This document shows, piece after piece, positions 1-10,599 of a stretch of 64,000 nt of DNA. Both the position numbers and the translations under genes were made by a program. The DNA is from Harriotta raleighana. Its lineage: Eukaryota. The stretch is from positions 3,854,596-3,918,595 of the forward strand of contig JBNZDD010013707.1 in assembly GCA_050575255.1 (NCBI GenBank). The letters run 5' to 3'. The notes beneath the pieces are model-generated. The model did no database searches. It saw nothing but the letters and a program-made list of their open reading frames with translations, and had not been told where the DNA came from. How positions within the stretch are numbered: the stretch's first letter is position 1; every line of letters starts with the position of its first letter.

Positions 1-229
1 TGGGATCTAAATGGGGGATCAATCTCTTTGTTGTGAACTGAAAACTACTTTCCATCGTTCAAATGTGCTGTGTTTCGAATAATCAATAATAGAGTTGCTA
101 TTACTCTTTCAGTCCACCTCAACCAAGGAACACATTAATAAAGTACTGTATTGACTTATTCAGTTGGTCATAACAAAAAATACATTTTTAATTTCACACC
201 TTTCCTTCCCCTAACACCCACCCCACTGT

Positions 230-450
230 GTCTCTCATTAGAGGCTTTAATTCAAAGGACAGTATTTATTTGAGTTACACCAGTGCCAAGATTTGAAGCC
301 TCTCGGCCTGAAAGCTCATTTGGCACTCGGTCTCCAAACTCAAAGCAGGTAGTCGATGTATAACAGATAGCGTTAAGTGCCAAATCCGCAGTAATGGATC
401 GCTAGCAAGGAGCTGTTTATGCATTCATTATAGCAATACATGAAGGAAAA
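230..450. promoter_or_regulatory. candidate conserved non-coding element
   Basis: TE-free, complex sequence with TCF-like TTCAAAG/CTCAAAG, TAATGG and CATTA motifs; conservation not tested. Confidence 0.3.
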
Positions 451-1445
451 AAATATTTAAAGTCTTCCTCATTCCTTGCTTTCATCATTTAGAGCAGTCT
501 TTAAGGTTGAAAAAAATGTTGATCAGTGATCCCCAGGAATGGTAATTCAATCTTGTATTGGATTGACGATGGATTCTGGATGATTGTGGTGTGAATCCTT
601 TTATTCTTCATTCAGAACATAAGGCCGTTTGTTCTTTAGTATCTGTTTTATGAGGAACATTATTGACTTTCTGCTGAAATGACCCTGGAATCTAAAATAA
701 TGTGTGCTGATCCTCTGTGCCCTTCACGCAAACTGAAGCTGTTTTAAGCCTTATTACTGAGTGTTCTAAAAACTTGCTTTCATTCCCAATAATATGATTA
801 AAAGCTTCTGACTTTGGGTGTTTGGCATTGACCAGCTGACTCCTGCGTTGCAAATATCTTGTCTTTGTGGAATGAACACTGTCAGACACAAATCACTCAA
901 TTTAGGAAGACACAATTACATTATTTATCACCAAGTGCTCTAGGGGCAAACTCAGTGATTCTGGTCTCAATAGTGACATCTGTGAAGCCAGGTCCACAGC
1001 CTTGGACTTTTGGCACTTAGATCACGGCTTTCGATTGCATGATACCTATCTTCTCCCCTATTGCCTTGTTGGGTTAAGAGAGGATCATGATAAAATAAAA
1101 CATTGGTTATGATCTAATGAAATGGGGGAACAGATTTGTTTGACCTAATAGTCTTTTGAAGCACCTTTGATGTGACATTTATTTTATCTTTGGGGATGGG
1201 ACTTCCCCAAAGATCTGTTGACAAAGACACTTGCTGCTGTAAATCAAAGGGCCCAATGTGCAATTCCTGAGTAATGTTGCATTTAGCTTCCAGAGCTGGT
1301 TCAAATAGCACTGATAGCTCTAGGCTACTGGTACCTGGAATTGTTCACATTTACTCTGCTTGGTAGAACAGTACTAGACACATTTGTCCATTGTACAAAC
1401 TTCTTATCCCCCAAATCAATCAACCGCCTGTTTCGATTGAGCAGA

Positions 1446-1505
1446 TGAGCCATAGGGACCAGGGAAGGTCCTAGGTTTGATTCCAAGTCTGTGTTGAGCT
1501 AGTTC
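1446..1505 (+). mobile_element. ancient tRNA-type SINE fragment (AmnSINE2-like head)
   Basis: TGAGCCATAGGGACCAGGGAAGGTCCTAGGTTTGATTCCAAGTCTGTGTTGAGCTAG; similar segments at 13097, 32640(-), 54220. Family name is from recall. Confidence 0.5.
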
Positions 1506-1554
1506 TGAGTTAAACCCTACCTCTAAACCTACCTTCAGATAATTATTTGGGGAG

Positions 1555-1692
1555 GACAAGTTTGCAGGGCTATGGGGAGAGAGTGGGGGAGTGGATTGAT
1601 TTGGACAACAGATTTGGACAATTTTTCAAAGAGCAGACACAGACTTGATGAGCTGAATGGCCTCCTCTGCGCTGAATAATTCTATGATTCTT
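1555..1692 (+). mobile_element. CR1 LINE 3' end
   Basis: GGGCTATGGGGAGAGAG...GCTGAATGGCCTCCT...ATTCTATGATTCT, the CR1 3' UTR with its 8-mer tail. Confidence 0.85.
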
Positions 1693-1723
1693 CATTGACT
1701 ACTCCCATGCTCCCCTGCTCATT

Positions 1724-1971
1724 ATTCCTGGCAAGGCAAACCCTTGGGCAAGTTTTCTTATTCCACACACTGATAATAATCCCTCAAAAAAAACAATTGG
1801 TCATTTCAATCCACGACAGTTTATGGGACACAACTGAGCGCAAATGGCTGCTGCGTTTTGCCCACAAATATACAGTCAATTCACTTTACAATATATTCTG
1901 GGAAGTGCTTTGTGGACGTCTAGAAGACGCTATAAAAGCGCTATATCAAATGCAAGGATCATTATTATTAT
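1724..1971 (+). mobile_element. tRNA/CORE/Deu SINE, 5'-truncated
   Basis: CCTTGGGCAAGTT core, TGGCTGCTGCGTTTTGCCCACAAATATACAGTC body, L2-type tail and (ATT)n; matches about 20 other copies in the window. Confidence 0.92.
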
Positions 1972-2200
1972 CTTTCGAATGTATTCGCTTTCTGTCTGAC
2001 TAGCTTCCTGCTCAGGGCATATAGGCACAACAGGACTCTATGAGGTCAGCGGTGACCCCGGCAACCCCAGAGGTGATTACAGGCAGTCGAGATAGAACAC
2101 AGTTTCATTTTAAGGACTCCCTGACTACTGTGTTATAATGAGGCTGCACTTGACTATTCATTTACATTGTGAAGCTGCCATTGATGTCAGCACTGCTATG

Positions 2201-2237
2201 GAAACACATCATGAAACACATCCTGAAACACATCCTG
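2201..2237 (+). repeat. 12-bp tandem repeat x3 (GAAACACATCCT)
   Basis: directly visible, one mismatch. Confidence 0.9.
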
Positions 2238-3171
2238 CTTGAGATTTGTGCATAAGTTACATCTTGAGCCAAACCCTCAATAGCTGGTAGACTATGAGGG
2301 ACCTATTTTTACAAAACAAAAGGCAAATGCAAAGCCAGGAGTAATACATATGTGTGTGGTTGAAGATTTTTCCACAATTTCCACAGTATCTTGAATGTTC
2401 AGAGAAAACAGTCTGACGGGCTAGGACTAGGCGGAATTTCAGGCCTCGGCTTCTTGAATTCCCTATTCTGTTTAAATTTTAAAAAGAGCTCCCTCATGGG
2501 TCTGCTCGAATCACTCACAATTAAAGCCCAAGATTAACTAACACAAGGCTTGATACAAATTGAAATTCTCTTGACATTTCCCAGAACGATCCACCACTGA
2601 CACCATTCCCACAATGTGGATCCAGAAGTACATGCAAATTGGATGTAACTGCAGACAACCACCTGCACCACCGTGGGAGGAGGTGGTCATTTCCTAATCA
2701 GTATTGTGTTCATGCTCTTTACTAGCTGTCATGTAAATGGCGAGAACATCTCGATCAGATCAGCTCAATTGCGTCAGACTGATTTGAACCGGATCTCAAT
2801 GGATAGTGTGGCCGATGCAAAGAGCACCTGTGATTAGTACCAGGTTACTCAGGGAAATTCAAACCTTTTTTTTTCAACAAAGCTTTCATTTTTTTCTGCC
2901 GAATCAGAAGTTGAGGTTAAAACAGCTTAATGAACTGGTTTAAAATGTTTGGAAATTTTCATCATATGAGGCTTTTTGTTGGCAATACAATTCAGAGACC
3001 TCAAAACCAGCTAATATTAGCCTGTGAGGCCATTTTATCATTTGAAATTAAGATGGCATAGATTTGTGCAAAATCCTTCAGTTTATTCTTATCTGGAAGC
3101 CGGTTTCTTTTTTAAGAACTGGGGAAAATCATCTTCCAAATTCAGATTGAATTTAATATCTACAATTTAAT

Positions 3172-3321
3172 ATCTTGACTAAAGACCTTTCTCTTCGACC
3201 AAGCCTTCGGTCACCTTTCTCCCCCTGCCCTTGGCTCGCCCATGGGATCTGTTATTGTGAAATGCTCTGAGATGCTGTCTGGCGTGGAGGCTGATATATA
3301 AATCAAAGTTGTTGTTGTTGT
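3172..3321 (+). mobile_element. L2 LINE 3' end (tail type C)
   Basis: AAGACCTTTCTCTTCGACCAAGCCTTCGG (KTFLFDQAF, end of ORF2), 3' hairpin and (GTT)n tail. Confidence 0.85.
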
Positions 3322-3803
3322 ACAATTCTGTGCGGCTGACTCTTTGAAGGCAAAATGGTCTTTCTGGTTAAATCAAGGTGGAATTATAGGTCTCTGGTAT
3401 TCTGAATCAGAAATTTCTGAAGGAGATGAAGATGTTAATATGGACAGGAGTGACTGCATTATTAAATGGTTTAGAGGTTACTTCACCAATAAAGTATGCG
3501 ATTGCACTCAGTTCAGTAGGCAGTGGAGGAAGAAAGTATCGGATGAAACCTGATTTGGAATCCGTTCTGGCAAGATTATCTAATTACTGTATCTCAAACT
3601 AGTCTCTCCCTTCAAATCGTGTGAAAGGTTATCACTCTGTTCATTGACATGTATTTTTTCTATTTTAAACCCTCTTGTTATTGTGAATCTAGTTTAATTA
3701 AATGTGTGAGTGGTTCCGGAATATGGGATTCTGGTTAGATGTAGGATTTTCTTTTGAAATTGCGGGACATGTTACTTGTCTGATATATAGGGCGAAAGAA
3801 AGA

Positions 3804-4176
3804 ACAATTTTGCATTTTTTTGGATGGTTTAGCATGTCAAATTACATCAAAGAGATTCACAGTAATTGACTGTCAAGGGCTAAGATATTTTTATTTAGGA
3901 TGCCCACAGCAATGTCCTGCAAACAACCGTAAAGTGGACGATCAATTGATATGGAGGATTATTGGGAAGGACGCCGGGTAAACCTCTCTTTTTCAATAGC
4001 ATCTCGGAATATTTTATGTCCATCAGAACTGGCAGTTGGGACATCGGTTAAATGTTTCATCTGAAGGACAGCCATTCCAACAATGACACAGCAACCAAGC
4101 TGAGACTATGAGATCAATACGATTGCAACCTCTTGACCCAGAGGCAAGAGTATTACTGACTGAGCCAAGCTGACAC
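3804..4176 (-). mobile_element. old DeuSINE (SacSINE1-like), near full length
   Basis: reverse strand: tRNA-like head GTGTCAGCTTGGCTCAGTC, Deu domain GCTGTCCTTCAGATGAAACATTTAACCGA...CCCGGCGTCCT, L2-like tail. Confidence 0.75.
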
Positions 4177-5186
4177 ACTGAAACCCATATGCATCTTATT
4201 AAATTCAACGAATTGGGTTTCCCTGAAGGTCTAGCGGGACTCTACATGCAGAGTAACATCTTGGAGTGCTTTGTTACAGTTGTAATCAAGCAAAAGATTT
4301 ACAGCTCAAGATTTGAAGAACTTTACAGATTGGTCAGACACCCACTTTTACAATGATTTAATATGGAAATGCTCTATATAATCAAATGAATAATACAAGA
4401 AGCATGCTTACACTGTCACTCTCATTCCAAATAATGTCTCCAAATACAGGGGCTCCTTCTTATGCCATTTGACCCTTTCGAATCTCCGCAAGAGTGTTTA
4501 AAAAATGTGCAGATCACACAACCAATTGCTGTGGATAAAAAGGCACTCACCAGTGTAAATTGGAGTTTTCTCCAAAATAAATTGGATGTTTGGAATGCCA
4601 CCATCTGCATTCACCTTCCATAGGGTGACAAGGTACCACTGTCACAGTATACAAAATTATTGTTCATGTAAACAATTCTCTATTGAATGAATTATTTTTT
4701 GATTTTCACACAAACTTACTTAGATCTACTTTTCAAAGAAATTCATATAAAAGGTTTTTTCAGCTAAGACAATGAGAAGTGTGTAGCCTTTAAGGCAATA
4801 GGGATTTTGTCAAAAAGTTCATTCCATCCCTCTCTGTCAGAGATGAACTGCTTGGACATGAAACAATTCGTTGACAATATAACAAGCCATTTCCAAGATA
4901 GAAGATTTTTTGAACCCGTCAAATTATTTTTCTGCAAACTCCAACCAAGCCGCTTTCTAAATTGAACCTTAAAAAACTTGGAATGGAGTTCTATTTTCTC
5001 AAGTTGAACAATATTCAGAAAATCGGTTGATCCAGTTTCCCATTGAGTTCAATGGTCATTTCTCCCCCCACCTCCATGTTGGTGACGATATCTTGTGTGG
5101 TGACACCCATGAGTGTATGGTCCAATAACAATTATTACAATAAATAAATAAGTAACATGCTTCTATATGAATTAATTGGAGCATTT

Positions 5187-5493
5187 GGAATCCTGTAGCT
5201 CTGTGGTTAGAGCATTCGCCTTGCAACCCCTACCTGGGTTCGATTCCAGGTAGGATGAAACCTTGGGCAAGTTTCCTTACTAGACACGTTCGATAATAAT
5301 CCCTCAAAGAAAAACCAATAATAAATTGGTCATTTCTATCCATAACGTTTGTGGGACACAGCTGTGTGCAATTGGCTGCTGTATTTCGCCCACATATGTA
5401 CAGTCTTTTCACTTTAGAGTATATTCTGTGAAGCGCTTTGAGACGTCTAGAAGATGTGAAAAGCGCTATACCAAATGCAAGGATTATTATTAT
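5187..5493 (+). mobile_element. full-length tRNA/CORE/Deu SINE (short form)
   Basis: box A TAGCTCTGTGG, box B GGTTCGATTCC, CORE-like CCTTGGGCAAGT, type-B 3' hairpin, (ATT)n. Confidence 0.95.
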
Positions 5494-5806
5494 AAGAGTA
5501 TTAAATTCTGAATGAGCCATTTCTGGAATGAAGTAGGGGGAACGCTGACAGGGAAGTTGCTTGAGCTTCAGATGACTCTTGGCCTCCACTACCCTTATTT
5601 CAATACAGTTCCTGTGTGTCATGGGCTCCAGTAAAATACACATGATTCCATCGCAATGCATTTGCAGTGATGCTCCCATAAGTAGGATATTATCATGAAA
5701 GGAATGGGATAGCATTATTGGTCTTGTGTATGCTGGAAATCAAAGCTGGTACAAAACTAACATTTTCTGGCATGTAGGGCTATAATTACTGGCATTCATT
5801 GGTGTA

Positions 5807-5893
5807 TAATAATAATTCTTAGTTTTCATGTGTTCTAGATGCCTTAAAGTGCTTCACAGAATATACTGTAAAGTGAATTAACTGTATATATGT
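5807..5893 (-). mobile_element. SINE 3' fragment
   Basis: reverse complement of the SINE tail (GTGCTTCACAGAATATACTGTAAAGTGAATT). Confidence 0.8.
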
Positions 5894-5984
5894 AGAGCTG
5901 TGGTTAGAAAAGTATTACCAATCTGAAAGTGCCTTCACTTACTGTCCCTCATAATCCACACAGCACTTTATCATGAAAATAAAG

Positions 5985-6125
5985 AAAGATCTGGATCAAT
6001 TAAACAGATGGGCTAAGGAGTGGTAAATGGATTTTAAGATGGACTAATATGATGTTATGCATTATTGGATTAAGAAACAGGAAATGTTTGTATGCGATAG
6101 AAGGGTGAACATTAGCAGAGCTAGA
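5985..6125 (+). mobile_element. CR1 ORF2 RT fragment (decayed)
   Basis: translates DLDQLNRWAKEW*MDF..D*YDVMH, like CR1 DLD.L..WA..WQM.FN..KC.VMH. Confidence 0.75.
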
Positions 6126-6214
6126 AAAGCAAATCACTGATGATTTTGTAAAGGTTTCCAGTGAGTGTGAAACTGACTGGTAACTCCCTCAACTCCAGGA
6201 CTACTGGCATCCTG

Positions 6215-7066
6215 ACTGTGCCTGTTTTAAATTGAGTCCTGGACGATGGACAACTTTCTTCAACTGAACGTCAGCAAGACGGCTTGATTGGCTTGCCTCA
6301 GCGCGTCCGCACCTCAGGCACTAGCAGCATCAGCATCCAAGTCTGCATACTCCATCTCATGAAGCAAGTCAGGAACCTGGGTACTTGTTTGACCCTGCAC
6401 TGCTTTCTACCATGTCTGTAACATTGCCAGACTCACCCCTCAGGCTGCTGAAACCCTCAGCCTTACATTCAACCAATCAAGGCTTGACTATGGAAACACC
6501 CTCCTCGTCGGCCTTCCTGGCACTTCCCTTCCCAAGCTGTAGATCATCCAGAGCTCTGCAGCTCGTGTGCTCTCCCACACTAGGCTCCACTACCCCTTCA
6601 CCCCTACCTTCACCCGACTCTATTGGCTCCACATCCCCCAGAGGATCGAATTCAAGATGCTTGTCCTGACTTTCAAGGCCATTCACGGCCTTGCCCCTTG
6701 CTATCTCTCCAACATTCTGAATTCCTACCAACCTGCCCTCCGCCTCCGTTCAGTGGGGTCCGGACTGCTTCATGTCTCCCACATGACCCATCCTACCATT
6801 GGTGGCTGCACTTTCAGCCTCTCTGCCCCCACACTCTGGAACTCCATCCTCCAGTCCCTTCACCTCACTTCCTCCCTTGCCTTCTTTAACGCCGGTCTCA
6901 AGATCCTCCTTTTTGATCGTACCTTCTTCCGCCCTCCCACCTCTATCCCTCCCCTCCTCCCTATCCTGCCCCTCCCCCAAGCTCAGGTAACGACTTCTGA
7001 CAGTTCAGTGCCTTGGGATGTCCTCCTGACATGAAAGGCGCTCTATAAATATAATTTTGTATTGTA
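6215..7066 (+). mobile_element. L2 LINE 3' portion (tail type A)
   Basis: NFLQLNVSKT; ORF 6567-7034 LYWLHIPQRIEFKMLVLTFKAIHGLAPCYLS...APTLWNS is the L2 ORF2 C-terminus; tail TGCCTTGGGATGTCCTCCTGACATGAAAGGCGC. Confidence 0.93.
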
Positions 7067-7115
7067 ACTTTCCTACACAAAGCCAATCAAACTCAATCTC
7101 AGTTGATCAACCTAA

Positions 7116-7320
7116 AATTCCCTACCCCAAAGGGCTGTAGATGCTCAGTCCTGGAACACATTCAAGACTGAGATTGATATATTTCTTGTGGATAAACGGG
7201 TTAAGGGATATGGGGATAAGGCGGGTAGGTGGAGTTAGATTAGAAGATCAGCTTCATGATCTTATTGAATGACGGGGCAGGCTCGAGGAGTTGAATGGCC
7301 TACTCCTGCTCCTAATTCTT
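7116..7320 (+). mobile_element. CR1 LINE 3' end
   Basis: NSLPQRAVDAQS...FKTEIDIFL, then GATCAGC...TTGAATGGCCTACTCCTGCTCCTAATTCTT 3' UTR. Confidence 0.9.
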
Positions 7321-7434
7321 AACATAGAATCATAGAATTTTACAGCACAAAAAGAGGCCATTCGGCCCATCTAGTCTGCGCTGGCTCTTTGAAAAGAGCA
7401 ACTCAATCCCACTGCCTAGCTCTCTTCCCATAAC
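7321..7434 (-). mobile_element. CR1 LINE 3' end (second subfamily), tail-to-tail with the previous element
   Basis: CATAGAATCATAGAA tail followed by GAGGCCATTCGGCCCATC. Confidence 0.9.
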
Positions 7435-7555
7435 TTAACCGACCTGTTCTCTGTAAATAAAGATTTATGTTCTAAAATAAATGATTGCATCTTTGAGTAG
7501 ATCACTGTGTGGTGACATTTAGAATACTGTGCAAAGTTCTGGTGACCTTTAAAAC

Positions 7556-7810
7556 CATAACAACGCATTTATGTAGCACCCTTCCTGTAAGATAATGTTT
7601 TGGAGTGTTTTACAGTGGCTGAGTTGGACACCGATCAAGGCGGATGGGGCAGATGGGAGAGATAACAATAGTTGCAGTCAAAGAGGTAGGTTTTAAGGTG
7701 AGATTTAATGACAAATAGAGAGTTGGTGAGGTGAAGGGATGGAGGCATGTTCCAGAGTTAGGGCTGAAATGCTGATGGTGGCATGCAGGGGCCGGGGGAT
7801 GTGCAGAATG
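7556..7810 (-). mobile_element. old L2 3' end
   Basis: CAACGCATTTATGTAGCACC tail, GTCAAAGAGGTAGGTTTTAAG (reverse: LKTYLFD). Confidence 0.7.
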
Positions 7811-7844
7811 ACTATATTAGCTGACCTACTGTCAGCCAGAAACA

Positions 7845-8090
7845 TTGAAGAGGTGAAAAGGGTTCAGAGAAAAGCTACAGGGATGATTCAAGGATTTCAA
7901 GCTCTTAAGTTATGAGTAGAAGCTCACAGAACTGAATTTGTTCTCACTGGAGATGGGGGGGGGCAGAGGAGTAAAGAATTCAAGGGTGAATGTGATCCAA
8001 GTTTAAAATGCTGAGAGGAATAACTAATGTAGATGTAAAGCAGCCTGCAGAGGAGAGAATGTATTTGAGAGGGCACTGGTTTTAAACTAA
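7845..8090 (+). mobile_element. CR1 ORF2 C-terminal fragment
   Basis: RVQRKATGMIQG...LSYE*KLTELNLFSLE, matching CR1 VQR.ATRM...LSYEERL..L.LFSLE. Confidence 0.8.
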
Positions 8091-8091
8091 C

Positions 8092-8816
8092 GATAACAAT
8101 AACAAAATTACACTAGTATAGGGCCTATCATGTAAGGAGGATGTCTCAAGGCCCTGGGTAGTCAATTTTTCAGACCTGAGCTGGGGTCGGCAATAGGGAG
8201 GGTGGAGGGAAAGGAGGGGATTTTGGGTGACCAATGGGACCGTCGAAAGAGGAGGGTTTAGAGGAGGAACTTGAACTGAGCTAGGGAGGGGGCAAAGAGG
8301 AGGGGTCTGTCGGATGGAATTCCATAGGTTAGTGGCAGAGTGGCTGAAGGCTTGCTAGCCGGGTGGGACGGGGGACAGGCTGGAGCCTGCAGAGTGGAGG
8401 GGGCAGGCAGGTTGGTAGGGGGGGTAGAAGGTCGCATGGTAGGGTAGGACGAGGCCATTGAGGGCTTTGAGAGAGAACCAGGATTTTGAACTGAATCCTC
8501 TGGATGGTGGATAACCAATGGTGGTTGAGAGAGAATGGGGGAGATGGAGTCACGGAGCTTGGAGTGGTAGAGGACAAGGATCGCAGAGTTCTGGATGATC
8601 TGCAGCCTATGGAGGGAGGAGTTGGGAAAGCCTACAAGCAGGGTGTAGGCGTAGTCGAGCCTGGATGTGATGAAGGCATGACTGAGGGTTTCAGTGGTTT
8701 GAGGGATGAGGTAGTGGCAAAGTCTGGCAATATTACGAGGTGAAGGAAGATAGTGTGGGTCATGGCTTGGATGTGGGGGAAGAAAGACAGTTGAGGATCG
8801 AACAAGACATCTAAGT
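8092..8816 (-). mobile_element. L2 LINE 3' portion (tail type A)
   Basis: reverse frames HWLSTIQRIQFKILVL and SRLDYAYTLLVG; AACAAAATTACAC tail; truncates the CR1 fragment. Confidence 0.92.
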
Positions 8817-8880
8817 GAAGCCTAGCGATTATAAGAAACTTTTATAATTTTTATAAATTTAATAATAATATATAAAATAT

Positions 8881-9064
8881 ATAATAAAGAGGTCATTTCA
8901 ATGCACGACTGTTTGTGGGACATTGCTGTGCACAATCGGCTACCATGTTTTGTCCACAAATATACAGTCAATTCACTTTATAGTTTATTCTGTGAAGCAC
9001 TTTGAGATATCTGGAAGACATGAAAAGTGTTATATCAAATGCAAGGATTATTATTATTATTATT
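8881..9064 (+). mobile_element. SINE 3' half
   Basis: GGTCATTTCAATGCACGACTGTTTGTGGGAC through (ATT)n. Confidence 0.9.
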
Positions 9065-9581
9065 AGCATTATTTTTTCCCAAGAAAATATGTGCAGCGGA
9101 ATCCCAGGAAGAGATATTGACTCTTGTGGCTGGATATTCTTTCCCAATTTAGGGAAAAATGTGTGACCTCCTTTGAGTGAAATATATCCACCACATCCTG
9201 GATGCAAATGGAGATGGTTGAACGGCCTTGAACTGTTAACGTTGTCAATTCTTCATGATGCCTAGGAAGATCCTAAATCAATGGCATTTTACTGCCACAA
9301 AAAGAGCACATGGAGATATCAAGGTTCCGAATGCAATCAAAATTTAAAATGTCTCAGTGACTATATAAATAAAGTACTTGCTCTTTCTTAGCACCTTATT
9401 ATCCCAAACCATCTCAAACAGCAATTATTGTCAAGTAGTAGCAGATTTTTTTTAAAGGAATTTAACTAAATTTATACCAGCAAAGTCCCACAAACAAAAT
9501 GACAGATAACATTTGAAAGATAACATCTTTGACAATGTACAGCACTTCCCCAGTACTGCGCTGGTGCAACAATCTTTCAAG

Positions 9582-9798
9582 TAATAATAATAGTAATAAT
9601 AATCCCTCCAAAAAAACCACAATAATAAAATTGGTCATTTCAATCCACGACTGTTTGTGGGACGCTGAGGTGCGCAATTGGCTGCCGCGTTCCGCCCACA
9701 AATATACAGCCAATTCACTTTACAGTATATTCTGTGAAGCGCTTTGGGACGTCGATAAGATGTGAAAAGCGCTATATCAAATGCAAGGATTATTATTA
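9582..9798 (+). mobile_element. young SINE 3' two-thirds
   Basis: CpGs intact; near-identical to 18696-18862. Confidence 0.95.
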
Positions 9799-10599
9799 AG
9801 TACAGAAGGCAGACTTCAAAGTCAAAACTGAAGGCAGGCAAAACTGAATTTGCCACTTTTGCACCCTCTGAATCAATCAAACCTCAGGTGGAATTTCTGC
9901 ATATAGATATACAGTAGTTGAGGTCGGCTGGATAGAGCGAGTCATGTGATAGTGATGTATAAATATTTTTGTTGAATTACTGTCCAACATGCAAAAAGTC
10001 AATTGATTTTCCACAAATTCTTCATAAAGGCTAATTTTAGATCATTGCTGAGCCTTGCTGACTGATGACTAAACACCAAGAGTGGATTGTGATGTACTTG
10101 TGACTTGATCAATTAACATTGGCAGCATTTGGAACTGTTCATTTACAAATTGATTGGATTTAGATTCTAAATGTGTCTTTTGCTCAGCGGCTTCTGTTGC
10201 AAATCACCTAAGTGATGGCTTAAAAAAAAATTAATTGCAAAACAATTTATTAATGCTTCTTGCAGTTCAGATCATTGTAGGCAGCGCTGCAGTGGTTACA
10301 AATCATGCATCTTTTCACTAATTCCTTGCAATCTCTTCAAATTCTTTTCGATGCCATTATTATTGCCCGAAGTGCACGATTCAGTCTGAACTTCGTTAGG
10401 TTCTTGGAATAAATGAGAAGTAAGAGAAAGAAAATAAACAGCACTAGCAATCTAGTTTTTTTTGTGAGTGGGGGGATTGTAGGGAAACAGGGTTTGTCAT
10501 CCCATATTACATAGTCATAGCAGAACATGCTTTATTTAAACAGTTCTTTTCCATGAAAATGTCAAAATCACGCTTATTATTCCATTTAAAGCTCCACTG

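Noticed and set aside
5230-5715. 161-aa minus-strand ORF and similar 'IIIILAF' ORFs
   Set aside because: Antisense reading through the SINE and its (ATT)n tail
6567-7034. 155-aa ORF as a host gene
   Set aside because: C-terminus of L2 ORF2 in a truncated, frameshifted copy; ORFs at 16639, 27206 and 33446 are likewise L2-derived
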